Of a DNA stretch of 64,000 bases, positions 39,950 to 53,141 are shown in pieces. Below the pieces are notes generated by a model. That model saw only the letters and a list, made by a program, of their open reading frames with translations. It ran no database searches and was not told the DNA's origin. Positions within the stretch are counted from its first letter, which is position 1. The number at the start of each line of letters is the position of its first letter. This DNA is from Epiperipatus broadwayi. Taxonomy: Eukaryota; Animalia; Onychophora. The stretch spans positions 16,306,001 to 16,370,000 of the forward strand of contig JAQFVV010000010.1 in the NCBI GenBank assembly GCA_028023455.1, given 5' to 3'. The position numbers were made by a program, and so were the translations under genes.

Positions 39950-40800
39950 TTTAATTTATTTAAAATTCAATATTATTTAAAATCACTTTTTAATAAAATT
40001 ATCATCTTTAAATTCTTATCATTTGTTCTGCTTTTCAGAAACTCATGACTATCTTTTCTTTATGATGATCTATCAGGTTTTTTCTTGATCACGATCTGTC
40101 AACTTCTACATTATTTTCCAATATATCCTTCATAATTTATTTTTCTGTCTTTAAGTATACTGTCAATCCAGTTCCTTTTTTAAAAATTAACCTCATATTT
40201 ATTTTAACTTATTATTTCCATTGATTTTTGTATAGCATATCTGGTACTTCCAAAATCTTCCTTTTTTTCTCTCTCTAATTTTTGTTTCTATCACCCATAC
40301 AAAATTCCACTCCAAATAAATATTTGTCTAATTTTTTTATTAGTTTAATTTTAAAATTTTATGTAATAGCTCCTGATCTTATTAAAAAGTTGTTTAACTA
40401 ATTTCAATTCTCAATTTCTTTTTTTCTATTATTACTTATAATTAACTTCCCATGTATTTAAAAGCATTAATTTGCTCCATCCCTTTTTATTTCTCACTCG
40501 TGATTTTTTTTTTTATTTGCTTAATCTATTTTTATTGTTTTAGTTTTAATTGCATTTATTTTAATTCCAAATTTACTTCAAATTTTAATATATTCTTTAT
40601 TCTGGCACTTTTCAATATTCACAAATGCTATCATATTTATAATGAAATTATCTTCTTATCCCCTTTTCCAGTGCTAACTTTATTATTGTCAAGTTACTTA
40701 AAAAAAGAAAAAGACCATATTCTTGATTATAACTCTTCTGAAAGACCATTTAATCCTACATATATCTTCTGATTCATATTCATTTTCTAACAATTGTCTC
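39950..40800 (-). mobile_element. Decayed RTE-type RT C-half
   Basis: Minus strand FGIKINAIKTK and EQINAFKYMG. Confidence 0.55.
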
Positions 40801-40999
40801 TTTTTAAATAATGTGTTTCATCGATCTTAAAAAGATACTTCCGAAAAAACTTTTAGTATCAGTGAAATAAATCATCTTTTGTTTTCTTTCTTCATATCTT
40901 TCAATGATTGCCCTAACTTTTCTAATTGCATCTTTTATTTTTTCAAATGAAACTAATATTCAGACCAACCATATTTTATATATTAGAAATATGTCTTGT

Positions 41000-43250
41000 C
41001 AAAAGTCTTAATAGTTTCAAAAAATTTACTGATCAGTCTCCTGAACAATAAATTAGTTGATTGTCACTACTTTGCCAATCATTAACTTTCCAGCCTAATG
41101 CCACTCAAAAATAAGTGTGACCAAAAAAATCTGCTCTAAATATGAATTTTGTATTGATTATACAAACCAATCTGTACCATAAATACATCCATATATACAA
41201 CATGCTGGTCCATTTTTCTGTTTATTTGATATTTTGTGACACTGTCTTTTATTTATCAGAAAAAACTTTTTTCTTTCTGAAATAATTCAATACCATGTCT
41301 AATTGTAGCTCTCCAATGTATTCTATTTTCTGCATATCTTCCCAATATAAATGATCGATATTGTAGTTTTTTAGAATGTCTTTGAGATAATCCTTTTAAC
41401 ATAAATAGGGTCTATCCCAAAAAAATTATGTGAAATTCACCATAAAATACTTTTCTGTGAAGACTTGAATTTATCATTCATTTTCTGACTTTGTGATTTT
41501 ACAATAGTTGACTCTATAATATCACATTCAGCAAATTAAAGAACATATTGATTGGTATTATGATCTTGCCATAGTATTTTTAAAATTTTGCATAACCTCC
41601 TTAGTGAAATACTTCTAATGCCTTTATATTGTATTGATAGGGTATTCAAGTCTCACTTTTATATAATTTGTCTACTCTATGTAGCTAATTTAATTGCAGT
41701 AACATGGAGTCTATGTTTGCATCTTACATTTTTCTAGTTATAAACTACCATTTAAGTTAAAACTTGCTGAGGATTTTTCTTCGGTCATTAGCTAATAAAC
41801 CAAAGTTTTTATATGTTGCATTCAAAACATTAAGAATAATCTGCAAATTATTCATTAAAAGTCACTTGATATGGAGAGTTTTGCCTCTTCAAATTGTCTT
41901 TTGAACTGGAAAAAATAGTACAATTATCAACATACTGTAAATCTAGAATGAAAAAAACCAAAGTTCTCAGTTTTTACTTTCAATCGATTTAAATTAAAAA
42001 TTCCATCATCAAATTTCTGTCACATCTTGATACCTGCTTCATTAAGTTACTTATAAACAGTTCCAAAGACCATTGTCCTAAAAACTGAAAACAATGTTGG
42101 AGCAAATACATATCCCTTTTTAACAACAGCTTTTATTTCAAATGTCTCAGATTTTACACGTACTAATATTTCCTCTCATTCTTATGAATAAACTTTGATG
42201 GACAATCAATTAATTTCAAACAATGTTGTAGATCTGTTCGATTAATTCAATCAAATGCCCTGACCAAATCAATAAAAGCAATATATAAATCACCTTTTGT
42301 TCCTGGTATTTTTCTTGCATTTGCCTGGCAACAAAAAACACATCTGTAGTACTTCTTGATTCTCTAAAACCATATTACATTTCTGATAACCATTCATCTA
42401 GGACTAGAAGCAACCTATTCAATAAAATAGTGTAGTGGATAATAATGATATGCCATGATAATTATTGTAATCTTGTCTCTTCTATTTTTAAAAATTGGAA
42501 CAATCTTAGAAAGATCATTACTATCAGATTGCACAATTTCATGAATTTACATATTCCTAAAAAAAATTATATTTTTGAAACCAATACATCACTATTATAT
42601 TTTAAAACTTCTTCAGGCATTTCATCAGGACCTGAGGGCTTTACATTTTTAAGATTCCAAATAACTGTTTTGACCTCACTAAGCTGGATATTCTTATCCA
42701 AATAATTAAAAGTCATCATTTCAATTCTTGAATCATTCATTATTCAAAAGATAATCAGAATACTTTTTCTATCTGTTCAAAATATCATTGCCATCATATA
42801 TGAAAATGTTTGTTGATGGATTTAATAGGATTGTGATACAGCTTCTCAGCTTTAGTGCATCAAAAAAAAAAAAGATCTAGAATGACTGTGATCAGTAAAT
42901 ATTTGTCTTCTTTGCAATTATAATTCACCATTCATTTTTAAACCTTTTGTGAATTGTTAAACTTCTGCCTTTGGATCTTTATATTTATTATGAGACTACA
43001 TTTTATTCATCATTCTGTCAAGCGGAAAGTCCAATGTTTCCTTTTACTCTAATTATTAATAATAAGACTATTGTGAGCAGACCAATCATGACATTTCTTT
43101 TTAATGAATCTAAGAACAGATTTACTAGTATCCATAACATATCCCTTAAAAGAATTTCACACCAGTTATATGACAGTTCTGAAAGTCCAATTCTTTTATT
43201 GATACACAGTTTATATTAGAACTTTTTTTTTAATATTATTTAGATGAAAG
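41000..43250 (-). mobile_element. Decayed RTE-type LINE (end of APE through RT and C-terminus), a different subfamily from A/B/C
   Basis: Minus strand KPSGPDEMPEE, KIVPIFKN, NYHGISLLS, GFRESRSTTDVFFVARQMQEK, YIAFIDLVRAFD and FAPTLF. Confidence 0.8.
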
Positions 43251-43369
43251 TTTATTTCCGTCTTACTTGTAAATATAGGGGATTAGACTTTCAAGCAACT
43301 TTCAACTATCCACACTATTTTATACTTCTGATACACATGACCACACACATGTAGAAAAGATAAATAATC

Positions 43370-43413
43370 ACCAATATACGTATTTTGTGCTGAACCACCA
43401 CTCATCAGTTGAT
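43370..43413 (-). ncRNA. Type I hammerhead motif (family A; G12 mutated)
   Basis: ATCAA CTGATGA GTGGTG-GTT-CAGCAC AAAA TACGTA TA TTGGT. Confidence 0.7.
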
Positions 43414-43637
43414 CCAGATTATCATCTCCCACACATATATATAATCAGTGCTCACTTTATATTAAGATAGAAAATCTTTATACTTTAATGGACAGGCTTC
43501 AATCTACTCCAATCTCCAACTCTTCAGTCATCTATAACATTGAACTATGAGAAGCCTGTCCATTAAAGTATAAAGATTTGCTATCTTAATATAAACTGAG
43601 CACTGATTATATATATGTGTGGGAGATGATAATCTGG

Positions 43638-43681
43638 ACCAATTGATGAGTGATGGTTCAGCATGAAATATGTTTATTGGT
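43638..43681 (+). ncRNA. Type I hammerhead motif (family A, decayed)
   Basis: ACCAA TTGATGA GTGATG-GTT-CAGCAT GAAA TATGTT TA TTGGT. Confidence 0.7.
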
Positions 43682-46600
43682 GATTATTTATCTTCTACAT
43701 GTGTGTGGTCATGTGTATCGGTAGTATGAGATAGTGTGGATAAGTTGAAGATTGCTTGAAAGTTTGAGTTCAAATCCTCTATATTTACAACTAACTTCCA
43801 GGTTTAAGAATGCCTGTATTTCAATTCTGTCTTACTTATATATTATTTTCATTTTGACAGTACATTTAGCTAATAGACTGACAATGGGTATTTAACTATT
43901 CTTTGGTGGAGATAAAACAAGGATGGAAAAATCCTGTGACACACAGATTTATAAGAACATAATTCTCTTTCACTATTCTTCATTGGTTTGTTGGAAAGAC
44001 CTCTGCTCTGCAGTAGTCTATTTAAAAGCAATTTAACTTTTCATCTGTTCTTGTGTAAAATTTGATGAGTTAGTTGTTATTATACCAGCACAAGAAAAAG
44101 TAATAAATCTTGGGGAAAAAATAAAGATTTTTTTGTTCAAAAGCAGCAGCATTTTAATGAAATTTAAATAGAAATATTTGATCAAAACTGTTGGGCTTGA
44201 TATCACTTTTCAGTATGATGACACTTCAGTGATATATATAAGGAGTAATACTTGCTACTGTGCTTATGTTAGCAATGAATGTTTATTGTTGATTTATAAA
44301 CAAATCTGATTGTAGAAATTATTTTGTTTATAAAAATTTGAATTTACTAGAATAAATTTTTTTTTCAATAATATTGCAAACATATAGGTTTTTTTTTTTT
44401 TTAACAATTATCATATTTTAATAAATAAAAATATTTTTTAAACTAAATAAATCAAAAAAATACTTGACTTTAGACATCATATGCCTTTAAAACATCAAAG
44501 TGACAGATTAATCTTTGATACAGAAATCTTCAGCTTTTAAATCTATGCCACTTTACCATTTTGCTATAAATTATATGGGTATAACATTTTTTTTTTTACT
44601 TGAAACAAATAGTAAACAATCCAAAGCATGGTTTAAATCAAATATATATTTCTAAATCTAAAAAAAAACAAAATAAGATATAATACATTTGAGAAAAACA
44701 AATTACTTTAATTCTGAATTTTGATTTGTGTATTTAAAGAAGTTTAATGCAGTCTTTTTTGCAACATAATGATACTAATACACATTGACTACTATGCGTC
44801 CAGGTTAAAAACTGGATTGTTCATGTTTATTTTGTTTACAAAATTTTTAATTTGTATTTTTATAATAAGTTATCACTTATGCGGACTTTTTAAAGATGTG
44901 AAAAAAATATCTTTCCATTGGGAAAACTTAAATATGTTTTGATTTTTTGTTAGAAGTGCTACTTTAATTCATGTTTTCATTACATTTTCTATAAATTACT
45001 GGATGATTTTCATAATGCAAATTATGAAAAAAAAAAAGATTAAATAACTAAGCACAATTCATTCCATAATGTAGTAATTAATTTTTTGCAACAAATAAAT
45101 ATAGGGAAATTTTAAATTGGCTTTTATACTTACTGTTCTAGTGGACAGTTTTATTCCTAACATGAAGTATGAATAGTTCTCTAATTTTTCGAGAAGAAAG
45201 CGAAATTTTTTTTTTTTTTTACTACAATGTGAGTTACATTGCTGCTTATGAATATTGCCTTTTTTAAAGCGTGAGATAATGCAACAAAATTTTATTACAT
45301 TTTATGCAATGTATTAGAAACATTGGATGCCCATTTCTGGAAAGCTATAGTTTATGTAAAATAGTCTGAAATGTTGTGCAAATGTTTGTAAGTTGTTTTT
45401 TATACTGGTATTAGAATTTCAAAATCGGCAAGTGATGTCGGCTCTTTTTCAGCTGAATTGTATGGTATTCAATAAATATAGTTTTTTATCATATTTTCTT
45501 CTACTTAAGTATAGAAAAGTAAAATTGCTTATTATTAATAAATTACTAATTTTATGAATATTAGAGAGAATACTAATTTTATTCTTTATTTAAGGTTATT
45601 GTTTATCTGCACTTAACAGTTATTTGCAATTTGATTGTGGTATGCATATATCTATACATATTGTCATATGCCCTAAAATATAAGTATTGTTTCTGTTTAT
45701 AAATGAATATATGCAAGTTATTATAATTAAAGTATTTGTTTAAAATTGCTTATAAATTCACCCATTGTCCAAAAAGTCATTTAGACTTTATAGATTACTC
45801 TTTCCAACAAGTGGAGGTAACTTGTATAATTAGCCTCTATTTTTTTGAAAATTTGGTGTATTAGTTAAAATAATCTTTTATTTTTATAATAATAATATGA
45901 AAAATCTTTATTATGGTTGCTTTTTAAATATACATTATTTTTCCATTTCTCTACTTTGCCTAAATGGCATGAAAATTACTCATGGGATAGTGGTTAGTGC
46001 ATTTACTTATCCTGTCTGTGGCATGAGATTTAAACTATGCAAATAAAACAAACGGTTTAATTTTGTTTTTTAAATAACTGATCCATAGTCCTTTTGATTA
46101 GACAATAAAATGATGGGAAAATATTAAAACTCTCACACTCTTTAGTTGGTAAACTGATAGCTAATGCCTTGATCTTCACCGTTCTTCTTTATCTCACTGA
46201 GAGTTATTTAAAGGCTGTTTAATTCTTTGTATAAATGACAAATGTTAATATATATATATGAAAACTTATACAGATGTGATCATAAAATATTACTACCCAA
46301 AGACATCTAGAAGCCAAAAGTTGATTTAACTTTATGTAGAGATAAGACTTATAGTTTAAAAATCATTACCAAATGATAAGCTTTTCAGAAAGTAATAAAG
46401 TCATTGGTTGGCAACCTTTGTGTAAATTAAATGGGTTAGAAATTAAATAGATAATCATTTTGCTTTATTCTATTGTAATATTTAAATGAGTTTGTATAAT
46501 AATTTCTTAACTATTTCATTTTAAAAAATAAATCAACTAATCTTTGTTTTCCATAGTCACTAATGTGTATTCATATTTTATATGTTCATTGCTATTTTGA

Positions 46601-47398
46601 TTAGCCAAATTAAGAATTATAATAGCTTTACACATTTTTCTTTTGGTTTGATTCACAGCAGGAAATCGTAAATATCGCTATGATATTGAAAATGTTTGCA
46701 TAATTATCATTTTATGAACTCATTGCTGTATAGTCTAATGAAAGCTTCTTCAGCTTATGTAAAAATATTTACTGCTACATCTCTATTTCTCAGCAAAACA
46801 TTAATCCATTTGGAAGAAATCATTGAATAAGAATATATCAGTAATAAAAGGTAATAACCCATACTGAATGAAAATTTTTTGTGAAATCTTTTCAGATTAC
46901 ATAATGATTTTTTTTACAATCAAATGTGATGGCTATAAATGTTTACTGTTTTCTTAGATGTGTGTTTCAAATAGATATATGACTGTTTCATCTATCTTCA
47001 TTCAAATAAAAACGTATAGCATATATCAATCTGCTTTCAGTATCACTAGATAGTAACTGGTTAATTTTATAAGGTTAATAATTTCCTGTATGTTTTTTAG
47101 GGCTTTATTATCATGGACCTGAATTGCTATATTATCTATCAATTGCTATATTAGCCTGTTAAGGATATTGGTGTCACATTTAGATTTTATTTTTGAACCA
47201 TACAACTATTTTGGGAGGCTATATAGTGTTGGTGGCCATTTTTTTGATAATACACTTTTATATGTTAAACTAATGATGGAAAGTAATAATTATCCATTAT
47301 TGATTGCTAACTTCATGCTATATGTATATATTAATAAACTTGGGCATATATCTTAGGCAGTTTTCGAATGTTTCATCTTTTAAAGAATATATTGGGTA

Positions 47399-47690
47399 TA
47401 TGAGCACAGACTTTCACATGACCACCACTCTCCACTCTATCTCATAACATTGATACACCTGAACACAAATATGTCGAAAAGATAAATAATCACCAATGTA
47501 TGTATTTCATGCTAAACCAGCAATCATCAGTTGGTCCAGATTACCATCTCCACACATATATGCTATAAGTGCTCAGATATATATTAAGATAGCCAATCTT
47601 AATACTTTAATGGACAGGCTTCAATCCACTCCAACTCTTCAACCATCCACCCCCAATTGAAAATGTGATGATGGAATGCTCAAAGGCCAC
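47399..47690 (-). mobile_element. Family A element, copy 4 (hammerhead motif at 47492-47535)
   Basis: Minus strand ACCAA CTGATGA TTGCTG-GTT-TAGCAT GAAA TACATA CA TTGGT. Colinear with 4712-4995. Confidence 0.8.
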
Positions 47691-49082
47691 CCTGAGGCCG
47701 AGATTCTTGTCACACCCATGTTGACCTTACATATATAGACACAGGTATATAATAAACCTGTGTTTCAGTTATCTTTTAAAGAACCAAATTTTTTTATTAT
47801 CAGTTTTGGAACTTTTTTTTTTCTTGTAAATTTAAATTGCTCTATTTTGTTTTTAAGCATAATTTTAATCCCTGATTTGTTTAAAATTTCAGCCAGAAAA
47901 TAGATATCAGCAATTAGTATTGAATAGTAATACATTTATAATCAAGCTCTTTATATATAAAAGCTTAAAAATTAACATTTGATATCACATATATACTTTT
48001 GTTGTTAATACTGAAATGTAATGATATTAATTATTTATAAATGTATATGGAAGAAAGTGCATATTATGTTCTTAATTTAAAAAGCAAATCTTTGAATTTA
48101 CCGTAATGAACTATTCTTTCAATAAGTTTGTTTTTACTACCGTCAAATGTTATAAAACTTTTTTAAAAATAAATATCATTTATTGAAATAAAAGATTGTT
48201 CTTGTAATTATCATAATTGAATATTAAGAGTCAAGGAAAACTAAGTCAAGATTATGTTAGTAGTTTATTTGATATTATTTTACAATCCTCTATTTCCTAA
48301 TGAAATCTCTATACTTGTCACTATCAAATTGTGCAGGATCAAATGATTTTTAGTTGTAATAGGATTTGATAAGTGCTAGTTGCTTTATCCCCCACCGACC
48401 TGATGTTATCATCAACGAACTTATCGAATCCTAAAACTGTAGTTAACATGACTTATTAATAATTAATTTCCCTTTTTGCTTGAAACATTGTAGTTTATAA
48501 TCATTATGATTTTATAACTTTGATTGATAGCAGGTGTCAAGTCGAAAGCTAATTTATACGATTAATTAATTGCAGTTTATAATAAAGAAATATTTATTCC
48601 TAAAGTGAAGCGGATAAATTGACACTTTATTTCCTAGAGGGCAGTCATGATCAGAGTTTAAGACCTGTTTTACATGTCTGACTCATAAAGGATAATAAAA
48701 TTTGTCAAATTATAATTATTTGTTCATCCCTATTAAAGTTTGAAAGCACTAGTTATAGTTGAGGTGACAGAATAAGATTTATTCCATCTGAAACAGTTAC
48801 ATTCACGAGAGTTTAGCTGTATAATGTTGGAATAAAGATTTTTACAATAATAGCTAGAAGCAAGTAATATTTACTCTTATTAACCTTTGTCTATAGATAA
48901 GAAAAAAAAAGTTACCCTTTTTTTTTTTTGTTATTGAAAATTTAAAAAAAAAAAAAAACAGAAAAAGAATGTGAAAACTTTAAATAAAATTTAAGAACGA
49001 GAAATGCGTGCTAATTATAGTATAATTTACCTGGAATAATTTGCAATATTTTAAATACAAATATATTTTATATATCTGGAAT

Positions 49083-49203
49083 TGGAACACAGACTTTCAA
49101 ACTCCCTCTTTACACTGTAATGGACAGGATATGTGTATCGGTTGTATGAGATAGAATGTATGGCTAAAGGGAGCTTGAAAGTCTGTGTTCAAATCCCCTA
49201 TAT
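49083..49203. mobile_element. Collapsed family A hairpin
   Basis: Arms 49085-49110 and 49166-49190, an internal inversion junction taatggacagg|atatgtgtatcgg, and a flanking direct repeat TATATCTGGAAT. Confidence 0.7.
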
Positions 49204-52193
49204 TATATCTGGAATAATTTTGTAAATTAGTCGATGTTTTTTCCCCCTGTTTCAATTGTGTATGCATATGTGAATATATATATATATTGTGCATGTACTT
49301 TTATATGTTCACTAGATATATATTTAAATAGTGGAACTATACATATATAAGATGATTTTGTTTTTTTACAAATTCTTTAATATTGGTGTATTTTAATATT
49401 CCAGTATAAATAAAGCACAATTAAATATTCATAATGAAAATTTCAAGTATCTTTGCACTATGTTTATATTGAAATTAAAGATAACTAATGAAATAGCTAT
49501 ATAATCAGGTGTTTATATAAAAAGGGAAGCTAAATGTACATTGGCATTTTGTGTGAAATGAGTAAGATTATGTAACAATTGATACAGTAATAAAATAAAT
49601 CAGCAAATACTGATAAATAGCTGACAGATCCAAGATCTTTAGATTCTTTTCACCGAGATAAGGTTGATTCCTATTAGTGAAGTTTTTGAGATTTCCTTTC
49701 CTTGTACAAATTCCCAGGATTGAGCACATTAACTTAATTATGATTGCTTATCTAAAACATTAACATTAAAGAATATTAATTAAGACTATGAACAAGAAAA
49801 AAAAAAAGATGGTAGGTAAATTTTTTGTCAGAGATGAAAAAGAAAAGATTTGATATTGTAGGATTTTATGAAACTAAAAATATTTTTATTACAAGGCAAC
49901 AGTAAATATAATGTTGTAGATATTGTTTTATACTACGTCTAAAAATGATTGATCATTGGATTTAGAGTATACTCAAATAGGCTGGTTAAGTAATGATCTT
50001 ATTAATGAAGAGGTAGAAATCATTTATAAATAAATTTCAAGTAATAAAAAAAGTCTCTGAAAATAGTTGTATAACAAAAAGAGAGATTAGTATTCTGTAA
50101 TAGCACAGGGAACTGATAAAGTAGTAAGAGATTATAGATTAGAGATAAAACATGACAGAGATGAATGATATATTAATGTTTGTAATGAAAATAATATGGT
50201 GTCAATGAACTTATAATCAAAAATCATTAGTGAAGATTTATGCATGTCAATGTTGTAGAAATAGATTTCAGTTTATATTTTGATTCAGAGTAGATTCTGG
50301 AATTGTTAAAAATGTATGAGTGCGTCCTGAAACTAATATAGAAGAGGATAATCAAAAATAGAATCATTCTCTGGAGGGTGAGTACATTATAGTACATGTT
50401 TCCACCATTAGATGCCTTTTGCAGGGACCCCTCCTCCATCATTCTGCCAACCATCATCATTGAGTGAAGTAATAGTGCTATTGTAGTAAATGTTTTTCTT
50501 AAGTATCTGTCGATTTTTGTAATGATTAAAAAGTTGGAACAAGGTGAAATTTTCTATTAGGAAAAATGACAGGGAAAACAGTTATAATGCTTGAAACAGC
50601 TTAAAATCCAAACTGCCCTGGATATTTATGAGTGGTTTAATTGAAGTATCAAATTAACCATGTCCTAAAAAGTATGCGAATGAAATCCAATGTCAAGATG
50701 CTGATTTTTTTTTTTTTTAAATGTAAATTGGTTTGTAATTGTCAGACATTTTACCTACAAGTTCTAAAACATTTACATAATACGGTAAAATAAAAACATC
50801 CTAATTTGTGGAGAAATAGGGTGTGCAAGTTTCATGAAATACATCAGTGCATAAAGTCTTGATGGTGTAAGGGGTAGCTTATAACACAATCATTCCTGCC
50901 AAGATTAGCCCACTTATTGAATCAAGTTTATCATGAAGCTTACACTAATAATGGGAAGGTTATTTAATTATTATTGGCACGCATATTTATGTACAACACG
51001 TTTATTTACATTAGCAGTTAATTAAAGAAGTCATAATAAATTATTGTTCTTATAATGAATTATTTAGTATAACAAATATTATAGGAAACGATATTATATA
51101 TATTATTTGATAAACTTTAATAGATTGTTATACACTCTAAACTGAACAACAGTGTGATGTAATTTGAAGTTAAGTGACTTGGAGATGACCTGATGTCAAG
51201 TTAGGTAGCTAGGAAACAGTATGAAAATAAAACTATGATTTAATTATTTTTATTTTTTATTAATGAAATGTACTCAACAATGGGAAGCCACATCAATCTA
51301 ACTGGAAATGAAGAGTTTAGTGTATCGCGTGAGACCTAAGCACGGACTGTATAAAAGCAAAAATCTTTCTTTTTGACCACAATGCATCTGCTATCATGAA
51401 CTAACAGCAATTGAGTTAAAATTTCAAACTTAAAAATGGAGTCTTTTATTTGAATTACAGTTTTCTTTAAATCAAGTACTGTATTATAAATTTTATCAAA
51501 TTTAGCAGAACTAGATTATTTTCTGCTATTTTAAAATATTGTCAGGAAAAGAAAACTAAATCTGATAATAGTTAAGGCAAAAATTGAATAATTTATTTGA
51601 TGTATATATGTAAAAATTCTTCTATATATAAAAAGTTATTTATGATTATAAATAATTATCTAATGTTATTTTGAGATGCAAATGGGGTAAAGGAAAATGT
51701 GCTATGGTGTGATCGCTTTTTTCCCTAACATGTTTGCGTAAGACCTCTATTTTTTTTTACTTTATTCTAACACCCAAGAAGATGCCTGTGGTCCAAAAAA
51801 AAGCGTGCACAGGAATATTTAGAAATGAAACATCTAAGGATCAATGTGAATTTTAAATGATGCCAGGAGACATCACTGCATGATCAATCCTTTGCCAAAG
51901 AAAATGATTTGGTGAGCTAAACTGCTTATTGGAAATTACTATGCCTAAACATTATGAACTATCATTTTTGAGCAAGAGATTAATATTGTAAACTTTGTTT
52001 GATTTTTCTTTTATCTGTGTTTTATTTTTGATGGAGCACTTCACAGTTTATGCTGTGAAAATTTTCATTTTTAGAGTTAGCAGAGAAGAGAAGGGGGATG
52101 GTTAACTTAGTTATTTTCTTTTTTATAATTGTAAATAAAATCTAGATTAGCTCATCAAAATTTCTAGCTGCTTAACATCAGGTTATCTATATA

Positions 52194-53141
52194 CACCTGG
52201 GTCTCTTTTTACGCGGATTTATTTAACGCGATTTTGAAGTTACGCGATTCACGTTTCTCCAGAAGTCGAACTCCGATAATGCGCTATTACTTTAAAATAA
52301 TAAATTTTGTGCACGTACGTCATATTGAAAGTAATAACACATTATTGGAATTCAACTTTCATCTTAGTAATTTCAATATTTTCAGTGCTTTATAATAGTA
52401 AGATTGTAATAATGAAATTAAAATCATAATCTCCACATTTTATGTATACACACATTAAATTTTACAAGATTATAATGTAAATTTGTTCAAATATTGTGCG
52501 TGTTAATTTTGCATTTTAAATCACATTTTGTTTTTGTTTTTTAAAAAAGAATGTTATTAATTATTTAGTGTCCGCAAGTTTATTTTTAAAAGGTGAGTAA
52601 TAGCAGTGGGCACAATTAAAATTGAAAATCAAAGACAAAAATAAGAATTTAATTTTTAGTTGTTAGATTAATTACTAATTACATTGTCACCAGAAAACCA
52701 TTAACACAACATGAGAGTGACATAGGCACTAGTTGTATTTCCTCTTGTGAAGAATCTGATTTTTTACGTTTGCAAACGAACCTGTTTAATGACAAATAGC
52801 GATAATAATTAAAATGTGTATTAAAAAATGTAAATTACTGTAAATTATGTATAAAAATATATTGTTTTGAATAAAATTAAATATTATAGTTAAAAAAAGT
52901 TTGTCTTGTATCAATTTTTTTCAAATTTGAAATTTTTTATTAGTCATATTTTATTTCCTTATTTTTTTTTTTGCGCGAATTTTAAAGTAATTTTACGTCG
53001 GTGCTTTGCTTTTACGCGATTTTTGAAAAATCACAGTCTGTATCCCCCCTTTTTCAAGGTAAGTTATGTCTATTTTTGTGCGATTTCGTTTGCGCTTGTT
53101 TTCTGAGGAACCTATCTATCGAGTAAAACGAGACCCAGGTG
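52194..53141. mobile_element. pogo/Tigger-like non-autonomous DNA transposon (MITE), 948 bp
   Basis: TA|CACCTGGGTCTCTTTTTACGCG...CGAGTAAAACGAGACCCAGGTG|TA, i.e. ~22-bp TIRs with a TA TSD, and repeated subterminal TTACGCG-type motifs. Confidence 0.88.

Larger units (their letters stand above)
43267..43790. mobile_element. Family A fold-back palindrome (arms 43267-43500 and 43551-43790)
   Basis: The arms are reverse complements with a 50-bp spacer. Each has a hammerhead motif and a terminal tRNA-like module. Confidence 0.88.

Noticed and set aside
48385-48430. CTGATGT...GAAC as a hammerhead
   Set aside because: The core and stems do not fit.
50290-50470. Apparent donor (gtgagt) and acceptor (ttttgcag) pair with a 47-bp intron
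   Set aside because: The frame that would join to the downstream segment has a stop just upstream and lacks a good acceptor; the minus strand looks more like a decayed RTE 3' region.
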